Source of the DNA: Balanoglossus misakiensis | Lineage: Eukaryota > Animalia > Hemichordata | Assembly (NCBI GenBank): GCA_040954595.2 | Contig: CM082586.2 | Location: forward strand, 9,021,337 to 9,085,336 | Length of the DNA stretch: 64,000 nucleotides | Direction of reading: 5' to 3' | Shown here: positions 49,785-62,399 of the stretch, one piece after another | How the letters are laid out: every line of letters starts with the position of its first letter | How positions within the stretch are numbered: the first letter of the stretch is position 1 | Notes under the pieces: generated by a model | Database searches by the model: none | What the model was told of the DNA's origin: nothing | The model's input: the letters and a program-made list of their open reading frames with translations, nothing else | Made by a program: the position numbers and the translations under genes

Positions 49785-50104
49785 TGAATCAGCTGTAAAA
49801 GGTCAGGAGTTCGCCGACTATTTATTTACCTCGATGCATGCTGGGTAAGAAATGCGGGCGTTTATGAGAAGAGTCAAAGGTCATGCAGTAGGTCATGTGA
49901 TTTTAAAATACAGCATTTCTTAGAGCTGAGATGTTATTTGAAAAAAAAACACGTTAAGATATCATTCACTTTATTTTGAAACGCCAAAATTCACCTTAAA
50001 GTAGTACCACAGATCGATCGGAACGTTAAAATTTGTACTTGAGATGATGCCATATCTATCACCCAGCATGCACCGCAGTCACCGACGCTTGCACAGCTGA
50101 TTCA
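49785..50104. promoter_or_regulatory. mirror-symmetric bidirectional promoter
   Basis: TGAATCAGCTGT (49785-49796) and TGCATGCTGGGT (49835-49846) recur exactly inverted at 50093-50104 and 50061-50072, between the two divergent ATGs. Confidence 0.65.
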
Positions 50105-50140
50105 CTAGATCATCAGATCGCTGTTCGTCGCGGAAGAGAC

Positions 50141-53100
50141 ATGTCGAGGGTCGTGCGCGGTCCATACAAGCGTTACCTAAATGATACCGAAGTCAGTATT
50201 CCAAAGAGAACCTTGTTTAGATGGCGAATTCGCGATAAACATGGTTTAGAGGTAAGTGTAGCTCTTTTTTTACCACGGCCTGAAGTATGCGCCGCGCTTG
50301 CTGCAGCTGCAGTTCCGTAGCCTGCAACATTCCTCGATGTGTGTGTTACGGAAAGGTGCCCCTTCCGTAACACACACATCGAGGAAAGTTGCTGGCTACG
50401 GAACTGCAGCAAGCGCCGGGCGAAAACTGGCATTGTCTGTCATTTCTCGGTGATTGTTATAATTATAGGGTGTCATAGGTAGTGTATGCATTTTATTTCT
50501 GTTCTTTTTGGTTTTATTAAAGTCCAAAAGGCTAGCTTGTACATCTCCAACTCTTTGTCTAAATATAGCAGCATTTATGCCGCTGCAGTATTTTTTAATT
50601 GAAAAATAATTTAGTACTACGAATATTTAGGGAAAAAAACAAAAAAAAACAGGTCATTACTGACACCAGCCTACTTTTCTTTATAAGAACTATTAAAGCA
50701 TTAGCACTTTCCTCTGAGATTTAGAATCAAATGATGTAATATGCATTATGTAGTCCCGCTATACTGAAATACATATCGTAACCACATTCTATTCATATCT
50801 TTCAGACTGATGATATCGCCATCGACACTGACAGTTGTTCTGTAAATAGTGACTACCAATCTGAAAGTGGCAATGATGAATATTTATATGATGGTAACGC
50901 CTCTCATGACAGTTATCGAAGTGGACTAACTTTCTCTCACAGAGATACAGACATTGATGAATACAGCACTACAGAACCAGACACAGATGACTATTTATCA
51001 GCCGACGAAACATCAGATGATCAGACATCATTCATCATAGATGACCAAGTACCAGCTCAGGAAACGTCACATGTCAACTTACTGAGTGGCGGAAGTGGAG
51101 AGATTGAAGAAAGTGAAGAAATTATACACACACGCATATCAAACGAAAACACTAATGGGACGGGCACAGGAGAAAGTGGTGATGAATTGGTAGGTTCTGC
51201 TTTTGACTTTAAAAATTTTATGGTTGCCAATTTGAATTTTGTGCGGTAACTTACCTTAATCACTTATGATCTATGACTTTTTACATTATTTTGATGATTT
51301 ACTTTCAAAGTAAGTGTACTTACTGAAGGGTGTGCATTTACAACTTGAAAAAGTGGACATGGTGCAATATACACATTGATTCCTTGACAGAAACATGACA
51401 GTGATACACACCAAAATGTCTCTATTCTTTTAGCAATGTGACCAACTTTTGATCATCGGAAATTTAAATTTTTTTTATTTGTTTAGCTATTACAACATCG
51501 TTTAGTATTCCACTAATCAATCTGTTTTATATGTTAATGCAACTTAATACACATCGTTATTATAAAATACAAGTATGAAAGCTAGTGTCTCTATGGTTGT
51601 GAATGCATTTATTTTAATTCTCAAGGAGGCCTATTATTTAGAGCATGACCCCTGTTTTCAAAATCTGGTGATCAATGCATAAGAGATCAGAACCTGTTTT
51701 CACAAATGTCAAATCACAATTAAATGTGTCAGTCCTGTGAGTGTGACCATTGCATTGTTCATGTTATTTCTGGTTGTCCTATTTTTCTAAATGTACTACT
51801 ATTTTTCTAATTCTCAGGGAGCTGAAGAAGGAACTGGAGAGATGAATGTCACAACAGAACAGCTTTGTCTACTTCTCCAGGCTTTTGTCCTCAGACACCG
51901 ACTTACGAAAGATGCTCTCAAAGACTTGTTGCACGTCATTAACCTGATAGCACCAGAAACTGTACCAGCAACACCATACTTTTTTAAGAACTGTTTTGCT
52001 GAGACAGCTGTGTCGTGTAAGAAGCACTTCTATTGCTGTAGTTGTATGGCATATCTTGGTGCCGAGGGCGAAATTCAAACTGACACCACTTGTGGTAGCT
52101 GTAATGAGCCTTTCAGTGAGCAAATATCTGTAGCAAATAACAATTTTTTCATTGTAATGCCAATCAAGGACCAACTTGTAGATTTATTAGAAAATCAGAA
52201 TATTAATAGTGAATTGTCAGTTTCAAATTTATTGGATGGCTCCATTTATCAAGATCTCCTTGAAAATGGTATCATAAGAGATAATGACTTAACCCTTCTC
52301 TGGAATTGTGATGGGGTCCCTGCCTTTAAGTCCTCTGGTTTCTCAATATGGCCCATTCAGTGTGTAGTGACAGAACTGACTCCAAAATGTCAAAAACAAA
52401 ATATTCTCATGCCGGGCCTATGGTTTGGTCAATCCAAACCACAGATGGATTGTTTTTTGGCACCATTTGTTGAAGAATGTGTGAAATTGGGTAATGATGG
52501 TTTTACCTGGAGAAATCAAAGTTCTGGTGAGATAATCACAACATGTGTCCATGTGTTATTGTGTTCTTCTGATTCAGCTGCCAGGCCTTGATGCGCAATT
52601 GCAAACAGTATAATGGGCAGTATGGATGTGACTGGTGCCTGCACCCAGGGGAATACATAGCAAAGGGCAATGGTCATGCACGTGTATATAGTGTACAGGA
52701 TCTTCCTCATCCTGAGTTGAGGAATAACGATCAGTATGAGGATTGTTGTAGGCAGGCGGTTGAAAGAGACCGACCAATATTGGGTGTGAAGGGACCCAGT
52801 GTGTGTATGTTGCTTCCCAATTTCGACATTGTGAAAGGGTTTGTTCCTGATTTTTTGCATTGTGTTTTATTAGGGGTTGTCAGGCAAATCACCTCACTTT
52901 GGCTTGACAGTGAAAACAAGCAGAAACCCTGGTACTTAGCCCCTGCTAAACAACGTGTAATTAATTCCCGTTTGATGCAGCAGTTTCCTCCAAATGAAAT
53001 AACCAGGACACCACGATCGTTAGATTACAGAAAGTATTGGAAAGGTTCGGAGTGGAGGGCATTTCTCCTTTTCTATTCTTTAATTGTTCTGAGAGGTGTG

Positions 53101-54033
53101 TTACCTGCAGTTTTTCTGAACCATTGGTTTTTGCTGGTTTTTGGAATCCACACGTTACTTCAGGAAAAAGTAACAGCCCGCTCTGTTGATCTGGCAGAGC
53201 AGGCAATCAGAAAGTTTGTGACTCAAACTGAATGCCTTTATGGGAAAGAAGTGATGTCATTTAATATGCACATTCTACTGCATTTGTCTAGTAGTGTTAG
53301 GGAATGGGCACCTCTCTGGGCTACATCTTCCTTTGTGTTTGAAAGTCACAATGGTGTAATCATGAAGCTATTTCAGGGTACTCAAAGTGTGCCTTCACAG
53401 ATATCAAACACATTCTGTCTGTGGAGAGATTTATCAAGAAGATCCACAATTATACCACAGGATAGTGATCTGAGGCCACTATTTGACAAATTGTCTAGAG
53501 GAATTGTGCATTTAAAGAGGGACTTTCATAGCTGCTCAGGGGTTGTGGCCATGGGAGCTGCTGACAAACGGGAAATAAGATTGACAGACAGGTTAGCTGT
53601 AGAGGAGGCTGTGGGCCACCCTATCTTGAATGTGAATGCCAAATATTACAAGAGATTCACTATATCAGGTGCTGTGTTCACAACAAGTAGCTACACTAGG
53701 GCAGCAAAGAGAACGAACCATTATTTTCAGGGACAAGATGAGCAATTGTATGTAATAAGAAACCTTGTAATTCTTAGGCCAGGTTGCATATGCCAAGGTG
53801 ATTGTCACTGTAATGAAAGATCATTCCTGATAGCCAGTGGTTGTTTAAGTGGGAGGTCAATGTTTGTTGACAATGAAATTGGCATACAGTGTACACATGT
53901 AAAACCACTGCGTGAGATTTCACATGAAAGAATTGCTGTGCGACCGTCGTTTTTGAGACGTAAATGTGTAGTTCTTGGAATGGGTGAGTCAATTTACCTC
54001 TCACCACTCCCCAACCCTTTTGAAAGGGACTGA
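50141..54033 (+). CDS. CACTA/EnSpm Tnp2-type transposase; exons 50141-50251, 50806-51189 and 51818-54033; one frameshift near 52588
   Basis: WNCDGVPAFKSSGFSIWPI, SDSAARP, YNGQYGCDWCLHPG, PDFLHCVLLG, WKGSEWR, FNMHILLHL and FVFESHNG; phase-0 GT-AG introns. Confidence 0.9.
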
Positions 54034-54358
54034 TAAGGGCTGCAAAAAAAGTCTGTAGGTAGCAAACACTTACCCCAGTACTGTAGTTGAGAGTCCGTTT
54101 CTTCTGATTTGTATTTATATACAGATTTGTATATGTACCAGTGTTTTGCAGATATCATTTTGAAATTGTAATAAATGAATTATTTACAGAGACATATTTG
54201 TCAAGTATTCATTCACAATATAAAATAGAATGATTAAGAATGAATAGCTGTGTGTTTGAGCTGAATGTATACTGGTATCTGTTTGCTCGGGGTGAACTGG
54301 TTACTTTCCATGGCCAAACGATACAATCTTCGCCTAAATCAAAATCCTTAGCGTCCGG

Positions 54359-55585
54359 TCATGGTTGGCAATATTTTTCAATAGAAAATCTATTGACGGC
54401 AATATAATTCAATAGAGACAGTGGATTTTTGTTAAAATACACTGTTCACAGTGAAATGTATGTAGTTGGGGCAAACCTGACAAACTCTTTGTCATTTTGT
54501 GATGATTATGTGCACACATTTGCTAAAAACTAGGGGAAAATGTTTCTTTCACCTATTTCATGGTTGGCAATATTTTTCAATAGAAAATCTATTGACGGCA
54601 ATAGAATTCAATAGAGTCAGTGGATTTTTGTTAAAATACACTGTTCACAGTGAAATATATGTAGTTGGGCCAAACCTGACGAATTCATTTGTCGTTTTGT
54701 GTTGATTATGTGCACACATTTGCTAAAAACTAGGGGAAAATGTTTCTTTCACCTATTTCATGGTTGGCAATATTTTTCAATAGAAAATCTATTGACGGCA
54801 ATAGAATTCAATAGAGACAGTGGATTTTTGTTAAAATACACTGTTCACAGTGAAATATATGTAGTTGGGCCAAACCTGACAAATTCATTTGTCGTTTTGT
54901 GATGATTATGTGCACACATTTGCTAAAAACTAGGGGAAAATGTTTCTTTCACCTATTTCATGGTTGGCAATATTTTTCAATAGAAAATCTATTGACGGCA
55001 ATAGAATTCAATAGAGACAGTGGCTTTTGTTAAAATACACTGTTCACAGTGAAATGTATGTAGTTGGGGCAAACCTGACAAATTCCTTTGTCATTTTGTG
55101 ATGATTATGTGCACACATTTGCTAAAAACTAGGGAAAAATATTTCTTTCACCTATTTCATGGTTGGCAATATTTTTCAATAGAAAATCTATTGACGGCAA
55201 TAGAATTCAATAGAGACAGTGGATTTTTGTTAAAATACACTGTTCACAGTGAAATGTATGTAGTTGGGGCAAACCTGACAAATTCCTTTGTCATTTTGTG
55301 ATGATTATGTGCACACATTTGCTAAAAACTAGGGAAAAATATTTCTTTCAACCATTTCAAGGTTGACAATATTTTTCAATAGAAAATCTATTGACATCAA
55401 TAGAATTCAATAGAGTCTGTGGATTTCTGTTAAAATATACTTTGTTCACAGTGAAATATGTGTAATGGGGGCAAATCTTACAAATTGCTTTGTCATTGTA
55501 TGATAATCATGTTAAAACCTATTAAAAATCATTTTTCACTTATTTCATGCTAGGTAATATTTTCAATAGAAAATCTATTGACGGC
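54359..55585. repeat. right subterminal 200-bp tandem repeat, about 6 copies
   Basis: CATGGTTGGCAATATTTTTCAATAGAAAATC recurs near 54360, 54559, 54759, 54959, 55158 and (diverged) 55358. Confidence 0.96.
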
Positions 55586-56065
55586 TAGTTTAATGGAAAT
55601 CATCTGTATAATTCTATAGAAAATAATATTCTATTGATTTTCTGTTGAAAATTAATAGAAGTCACCTGTAGAATTCTATAGAAAATAAATTTCTATTGAT
55701 TTTCTATTGAATTCTACACGTTTCTATAGAGGTCTATAGAGTTCTATAGAACCTTTTTCGTAAGGGACACTTCTGGCACTGGTGGGATTCAAACCAACGC
55801 CATCAAAATGACTGCAGGTGTCTAAAACCCCTTGACTGTAGGACACAAATGCCTGACAGTGATATAACTATGTTATAATGTTACGTCGACACTACATAAG
55901 TTTGGGGATATGTTGTCTCAAATGATGAAATTGAGAAAAATTATCCCCATCTTGTTATAATCTGAGCCCAGTTGTCTTTGGTGTGAGATTCCAGTTGTTA
56001 AGAGTAGGCTTATCTTGAATAATGTAATGCTTGTAAATTATTTCGAATTTCTTCTTACCCTCCAG

Positions 56066-56188
56066 ATATGAATAAATGTCACAGTTGTGGAAATGCGTGT
56101 CAACACTATTGTCAGAATACCCATGGTAGTTATTGCTGCGCTTGCAGACAAGGCTTCAATGTGCTGGAGGATGGCCATGCATGTGCAG
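56066..56188 (+). CDS. calcium-binding EGF-like exon (phase 1-1)
   Basis: ccag|ATATG...GCAG|gtatgt; DMNKCHSCGNACQHYCQNTHGSYCCACRQGFNVLEDGHACA. Probably part of a pseudogene. Confidence 0.8.
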
Positions 56189-56808
56189 GTATGTAACTGT
56201 GGATATTGATCTCTTCTGTGGCTACACTGTTTGGGGATTGTATATTGCTATGGTTACAATAAAACATGCATCCTGTCTGTCCATTGCACACATTTTAAAC
56301 TTTGAAATCAACCGCACACTCGTACTGAACACATGTTTGTTGAAATTGTATCTCAGAAATTTTCCAATTATAATTATGCATAATATAAACAAATTAACAA
56401 ATGTGAAAACTTAGCATTGAAAATTTGTTTGCAAGGGTGAAAAAGTAATCTGTTGTTTTAAAAATCAGACAAAGTTTTGCTGACAGGGTACACGAGTTTC
56501 AGGGGATTTTGTTAAAATGAGAATGATAGAGAGTGTTAAAATTCCTAGAAAGAGATTGCCATGGATATTGAGGACTTTGGTGTAAAAACAATCAACTGAT
56601 CAATTAATATGTGGTTACGAATATGTGTCATCAACCTCACCTTCTATCCGCAATGCTGGATCTATAGACAGTTTTAAAAGGGGTTTAAAAACTCGTCTTT
56701 TTATTCTGCACAATTTCATTCCATTGCTTTTTTTGGTTTAAAAGGAATGTCTTTCAGAACTGTTTTGGTTTCTTTGGGGTTTTTAAGTGTAATTTTTTTA
56801 TCCTTTAA

Positions 56809-59448
56809 AGAGCATATCTTAGCTCGAAACACACTTTGAGGATAAATAATAATTGGGCGTGTGTGTTAAATGCTGGTGTCCTTTTACTTATTTCATATGG
56901 ATAAATAAATGTTAAATTTAAAAATGTTCAGGGCCTGAGAAAAAACTTCTGTTTGGGCCACGCCCATTTCTGTGACGTCACAAGAGGAACCCATTTACGT
57001 TTGCAAGACTGTACATTGCAGTGGTTGAATTGCAATCATACATGTCTGTGATCTAAACAGCTTTGCTGGGTCAGCCTCTGGATCCCCCGTTCCATTCAAA
57101 ATAAATGTACATATATACCTTTTCATCTAGGGGAGATGCGATTATGAAAAAAATAACACTACTCGGCCCGGTTAGGCTACGGCTACGCATTGCAAGCAGT
57201 ACACAACATGCAATGGCAGCGGATGTGTATAGGCACCTTACACATACAATGATTGCTGCCTCGATTAAGATGGGTCCCCCGTATCTTTTTGCTCGTTTCT
57301 ATGGGCCTTTATAGGACACTACACTCAATTTTGATCGAAACCGTTATGAACGTCCGACAAGGGGCTTGTAACTAGTTAAAAATACACACGATTGTGTACA
57401 CACCCCCTGTCCGAGTATGTTTACCGCAGCTACCGCCCGGCCATAGGCCGCCACGCTAATACGGTAAAGCAGCGGTCAGCGATAGCATGCGCGTCCTGTG
57501 ACCACAGTAACTGGATCGAACGCTAAAAATCCAATGTTTTGTACACAGAGATTTTGTACCGTTCACGAAAATCCCTAAGGCTTTTTTCATAGGCCACGTA
57601 CGCCAGTCAAATTTGACCTGCTTGTTGAGAACGCACTTCCTCACAGTGTGACGGATCGTTTTTTCGGTTTTCGTCGTGCTAAGAAGCGATACCGGTGGAA
57701 GAGTGCGTCCAAAAACACCTAAAATCGATGACTTTTTCCGCTGTGGTACGGGTATGCTGATATCGTAGGATACAACGATAATATTCGAAAACAAAATCCG
57801 TCACGATCTTCCCTGGTTCAAGCAACTAATGAATACGTATCAAGTTCGTTTTTGAGGTCACGGAATAAAAAGCCTTAGGCTTTTGAAATTTGACCTAGCT
57901 AATTTGCATATCAATGGCGTCAGGGGGCGCGCGCTCACAATCGTGCAGATTTTCAACTAGTTACCAGCCCCTTGTTAGACTCTGAAAACGGCTGAGTCCA
58001 AATCGGGGTGTAATGTCCTGCAAAGGCCCATAGCAACGGGCAAAAAGATCCGGGGGACCCATCTTAAACCGTGGAATATTGCCCAGAGGTTTAGGACTAG
58101 AGTGTTGGGTCTCAATCTACTTATCTTGGACAATGTCAACTTATTGACAACTGATATATCGTGGTCTTTTGGCGATTTTCGATCACTGCCTCAACAGACA
58201 AAATACGCGCGTGTTATTACAAGGGAACTCCATCAGCGCCGATGCGTGTACACGCAGTCAGCAGCGATGACACATATCGCGCCGCGATGTATATGTACCA
58301 TGCCAGCACTAAAATTCTGTCTTCTGAATTACATGTAAGCTATATGCCTTTTTGGTGATGACAAACAGAAACATTTATGACTTGTCGCTGTAATCATGAA
58401 AGTTCCTTCACATGCTTCATACTGCATTATAACAAAATGAAACCATACAACCAACAGCAACAGGCGATCATGCCGGGCCGACCCACTCACGCTCACAAAG
58501 CATGAAACATTTTCATTGATACACACGAATATCCAAGTTTGGAAACGGTTTTCACTCACACGCGGCAAAATTTATTCAACACATTTTGTTTCAAAATTTG
58601 TACAGTGTGTTTTGGAACCGATGAGTCGGACATAGTGCGACGTAAAACTTGTAAACAAAGAAATTAGAAAAGAAAGATGGCGACCATTCAGCCGAAGCCA
58701 TACAAAGGTATGACTGAAAAAAATGTGAAATAGTAACAGTAATATTTTGAACGTTCAAGTTTTCACATTGATTGCTGTCAACCTTAATTATCGAAGTTTG
58801 CGGTCCCTGGGTACCGGGTAGCCAGACGAAAGAGTGAATAATTATAAGCAATCTTGATGTCGGCCAGCGCAAAATTGTGTTTACGCCTCCTGCCAGTTCA
58901 CCTTCTACTGTGTAATCGCGGTCGCTGGAACACTGAATGAACACCAATATCGGGTATAAACGATCAGTTGTGCTCTGAATTGAATATTGATCACTGGTCG
59001 ACCTCTCCTACTGACAGGCTTCTATTTTCCTGTAAGGGTGTGGATTGTCTTCTCGTGATTCAAACCTGGCCGATTATCGTTCAACGGTCATGCATTGACA
59101 GTTACGGCCGCCGCCGCCGGATGGCTTCATATCCACCGTACAATATCGATGATCGTGGCATAGACTTTCATTGGTTTTCGGGGAATTCACATGGGTGACT
59201 TCCGTCTAGGTAATGTGTTGCTGCAACCACGGCAACCACCTCTTTTTCCCATTGTGGTATTACACAGAAAAGCACGAAAACACCGTATGACACCTGTGAG
59301 CATCGCTAAAGCTGGTCTATTTTATGAGAACAAAACAAATATTATGGAAATCGATACCCGAAAAATATTGTCACTTTTGGTAAATATTAGATTTCTTTCA
59401 ATCATTTTTTAACCTTCTGATAAGATTTAAAAAGGCAAGATATGCTCT
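56809..59448. mobile_element. non-autonomous Kolobok-type element with TTAA TSD
   Basis: TTAA|AGAGCATATCTT ... AAGATATGCTCT|TTAA; CpG-rich interior. Confidence 0.75.
57269..58063. mobile_element. nested 795-bp non-autonomous DNA transposon with TTAA TSD
   Basis: TTAA|GATGGGTCCCCCG...; imperfect TIR of about 65 bp; ...CGGGGGACCCATC|TTAA. Confidence 0.88.
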
Positions 59449-59575
59449 TTAAGCTTTCACTTGTTTTCCAATTTTATTATTTTCAGTAGAAAATGCACTA
59501 AGATGTATGTGTATTACGTTTGTCAGGAAATAAATAATAATAAAATTAAAAATAATAAACTATCTTTGATTTCAG

Positions 59576-59683
59576 ATGTCAATAAGAGAGCAGATCTTTG
59601 TGAACGCCAGTGTGTGAATACAGCAGGCTCTTTTTATTGCACTTGTTCTGTGGGATATTGATTGGTCAATGGAGAGTGTACAG
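59576..59683 (+). pseudogene. disabled calcium-binding EGF exon (phase 1-1)
   Basis: ttcag|ATGTC...ACAG|gtaag; DVNKRADLCERQCVNTAGSFYCTCSVGY*LVNGECT; first Cys lost and TGA at 59659. Confidence 0.8.
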
Positions 59684-60099
59684 GTAAGACCAGCACAATA
59701 TGTGGACAACGAAAGGTCCAGTATCTGTAACTTTTGAATTTTTATTTAGTATTTTTCTGGTTATCAACCATCATTTCTTGTTCAGCTCGATGGGTAAGCA
59801 ATGTTGTTATGTGTAAACATTGTATTCAAGCCTGGGTCTGGACTTGGATGCAATTTGTTAATAATAACAGTGATTGGTAACTGCATGTTTACATAACTGG
59901 CTAACTGTTAAAGAGACCAGCTGTTCTATTTGGTGTGTGTACAGTACACATGCCATTGGCAGCTTATGGGTCAGCCAATGTTTGCCTGTAGATCTCTTGA
60001 TGTGTGTGTGTGTGTGTGTGTGTCTGTCTGTATATGTACTCCGGTGTAGACTTTTTTCTTGTATTATCCGTGAATGGGACCACCGTGTACTTAACGCAA

Positions 60100-60525
60100 T
60101 TTCTTACACTCATCAGGGATATTTTGGCTTGTCTAACACGAGCTAAAAATATCCCCAACTCGTCTGAGAAATCTTTTACCAGGTCCTAAGTTTGTAAGAC
60201 TAATAGAATCTCACACTCCCAAGGACTTGGGATCATATTTCTCACATGTGTTGAGAATTTTCTGTCCCAAACAAGCTGCAGTCGAGTGTGGGACAAAATA
60301 TCCCTGACGAGTGTGAGAAATATGATCCCAGGTCCTTGGTGTGTGAGATTATATTTCTCACACGGCCACAAATTAGCCAAATTCGTTTTAAAACATTAAA
60401 TAAATGACTCTTGAACTGTCATCTGGCACGTTGTAGTTTCTGTATCATAGGATAACATTTAGCTTTGTCATCCAATCTGAATCAGCGCTTGTGTCATATA
60501 CAGCTTTCGATTCAGTGAGAATGTG
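60100..60525. mobile_element. second copy of the TCTCACAC Crypton-like hairpin repeat
   Basis: Reverse-complement similarity to 38470-38927. Confidence 0.65.
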
Positions 60526-60699
60526 TGATTGATTTGTTGTTCATTGTTCAGGTGCACAACAGTGCACGTTAATTGATTGTCAAGGCCTCCAGCCCATAGG
60601 TAAGAGGGCATAAAGGTAATCAGAAAATTGTACGAAAATGAAATAAATAATACATGTACTCAAATAATATAAATGACAACATCAAGCAGCACTTGTGTG

Positions 60700-61690
60700 G
60701 AAGTACGTACTCGGGATACAAAGTGAGGAACTTAGCAGATTAAGTTTTTTAACACATTTTCTCTAAGTTTAAAGGCATTGTAAACATAAATACTTGAGGA
60801 TTCTGATGCGCTCATGATATTAACAAACATTTGAATGTGGGGAATTTTAGTGTAACCAATATATTGTTTTCTAAGACTGTCATATAAGGGGCAAACAAGT
60901 AAAAAGTGATACTCGTCTTCTATTTGTGCACCAGAGCATAGCCTACAGTGTCTCTCTGAAACGTCCACATTCTGATCTCTTCCCTCCTCTATTGCAAGAG
61001 GAAGGGCAGAACAGCGAAAACATGCAAAAATGTCTTTGACATTACGTGTACAGTTGACATTAACTACTTTTCAGGCTGTAACAATTATTTAAAATGTGTG
61101 TATGTACGGAGTTTGGTTTTGGACGGACAGTGTGATTTCCATTGTTGCTTCAAAATATCTGAAATTCTTGTCTCAAATGCTGAAAGGAACAAACGCTTAT
61201 CGCCTCTTTCCTGAGAAATCCAGGCGAAAATAAAATGTGTTTCACCGATGTTGCCCAAGTGTGACGGCCTAAACAGTCAAGATTACGTATGTAGCATTAA
61301 ATATGCTTGCCTAGGGAGTCTTTCCTGTGGCATCTCTATAAGTTTCACCCAGTAACGAATACAACATTGTGTGAACATACACTGGCAACCGCCCACATTC
61401 TCCAATTACAGCTTCATTGGTAGTGCTCCTTGGCACACCTAGAAAAATTCTGCACCATGTTCTTTGCACTTTTTCTATGATGTCATAAAACTCAAGTCTC
61501 CGATCCATAACAAAGAATGGGTAAGATCATGGCATCAAACACCTTGAAGTGACATTCAAATGGCATATACCCTAGTTTCCACCTGGCAACTGAGAGTAGA
61601 GACAACACCTTGCTGGCTTGATTAGCCAATGTTTGCACTGCTCTGGACCAGGTGTTGCGATTTAACAAAAGTGAACCTAGGAGTTTGAAC
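60700..61690 (-). mobile_element. 5'-truncated decayed LINE (RTE-X-like 3' end)
   Basis: FDAMILPILCYGSE, IEKVQRTWCRIFLGV...VIGECGRLP and CRLCSGAQIEDEYHFLLVCPLY zinc knuckle; frameshifts. Confidence 0.8.
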
Positions 61691-62399
61691 AATGTCCTTG
61701 TAATAGACAGGTTTTGGTTGAGACAGGTTTTACTGTATTTTGATACATGCTCTGGCTTAACCATTTCACCACCATGGTACAGTCCAAACCCGTTGTTTTC
61801 TATGGTAAGGTTGGACCTCTAAAAAGGGAACTGGGAGGTTCTTTCTGGGAATCTCATTATTTCTTCTGTCACAAAAATTGCATGGGAGTTCTAATTCTAA
61901 AAGGAGCACTGATTTGATAAAATATCTCAAAGTCAAGTTTTGGATGTGGCTCCAGTTCAAGTATTGTAGGTGACTAGTTTTCCGGAGTTCAAGTCTGTAT
62001 ACTTGCAGTAGAGTTGGTCACATGGACTTGGGTAATCTGAGTGTGGTCAGAAATTGAACTTACACACACACATTGATTGAGTTAAGAACATGTCTGGTGT
62101 ATTACTGTAATATGACTAGATACTGCAAATGCATAAACAATAAGCGTATGTTAAAACACACAGTTTTCATTGATATATCTGATTCATGAAATTAAATACA
62201 CATGTTCATTAAAACCCACTATGATAGAGCGCCCCCACTGTTCAGAATGTCAGTTTTGAAGTCCTACATCTATGACGTCATGCCTAGCTGTCAATGTTAA
62301 CTGATGTGTACTTGTACTACTTGTAAATGGAAGTACTTTAAAGTAAAGCTCAGATGTAAGGGTTTTGTAAAATAAATATAATATTAAAACATTGCAATC

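Larger units (their letters stand above)
44610..55766 (+). mobile_element. CACTA/EnSpm (CMC) DNA transposon, 11.2 kb, with CCC..GGG termini
   Basis: TIR CCCTTACGAAAAAG(G)TTCTATAGAAC at both ends, subterminal repeat arrays and a Tnp2-type transposase; no clear TSD. Confidence 0.88.

Noticed and set aside
52585-52595. Programmed frameshift in the CACTA transposase
   Set aside because: No slippery sequence; a 1-nt deletion or sequencing error is simpler.
54499-55301. Three near-identical 67-68 aa ORFs
   Set aside because: They are translations of the 200-bp subterminal tandem repeat.
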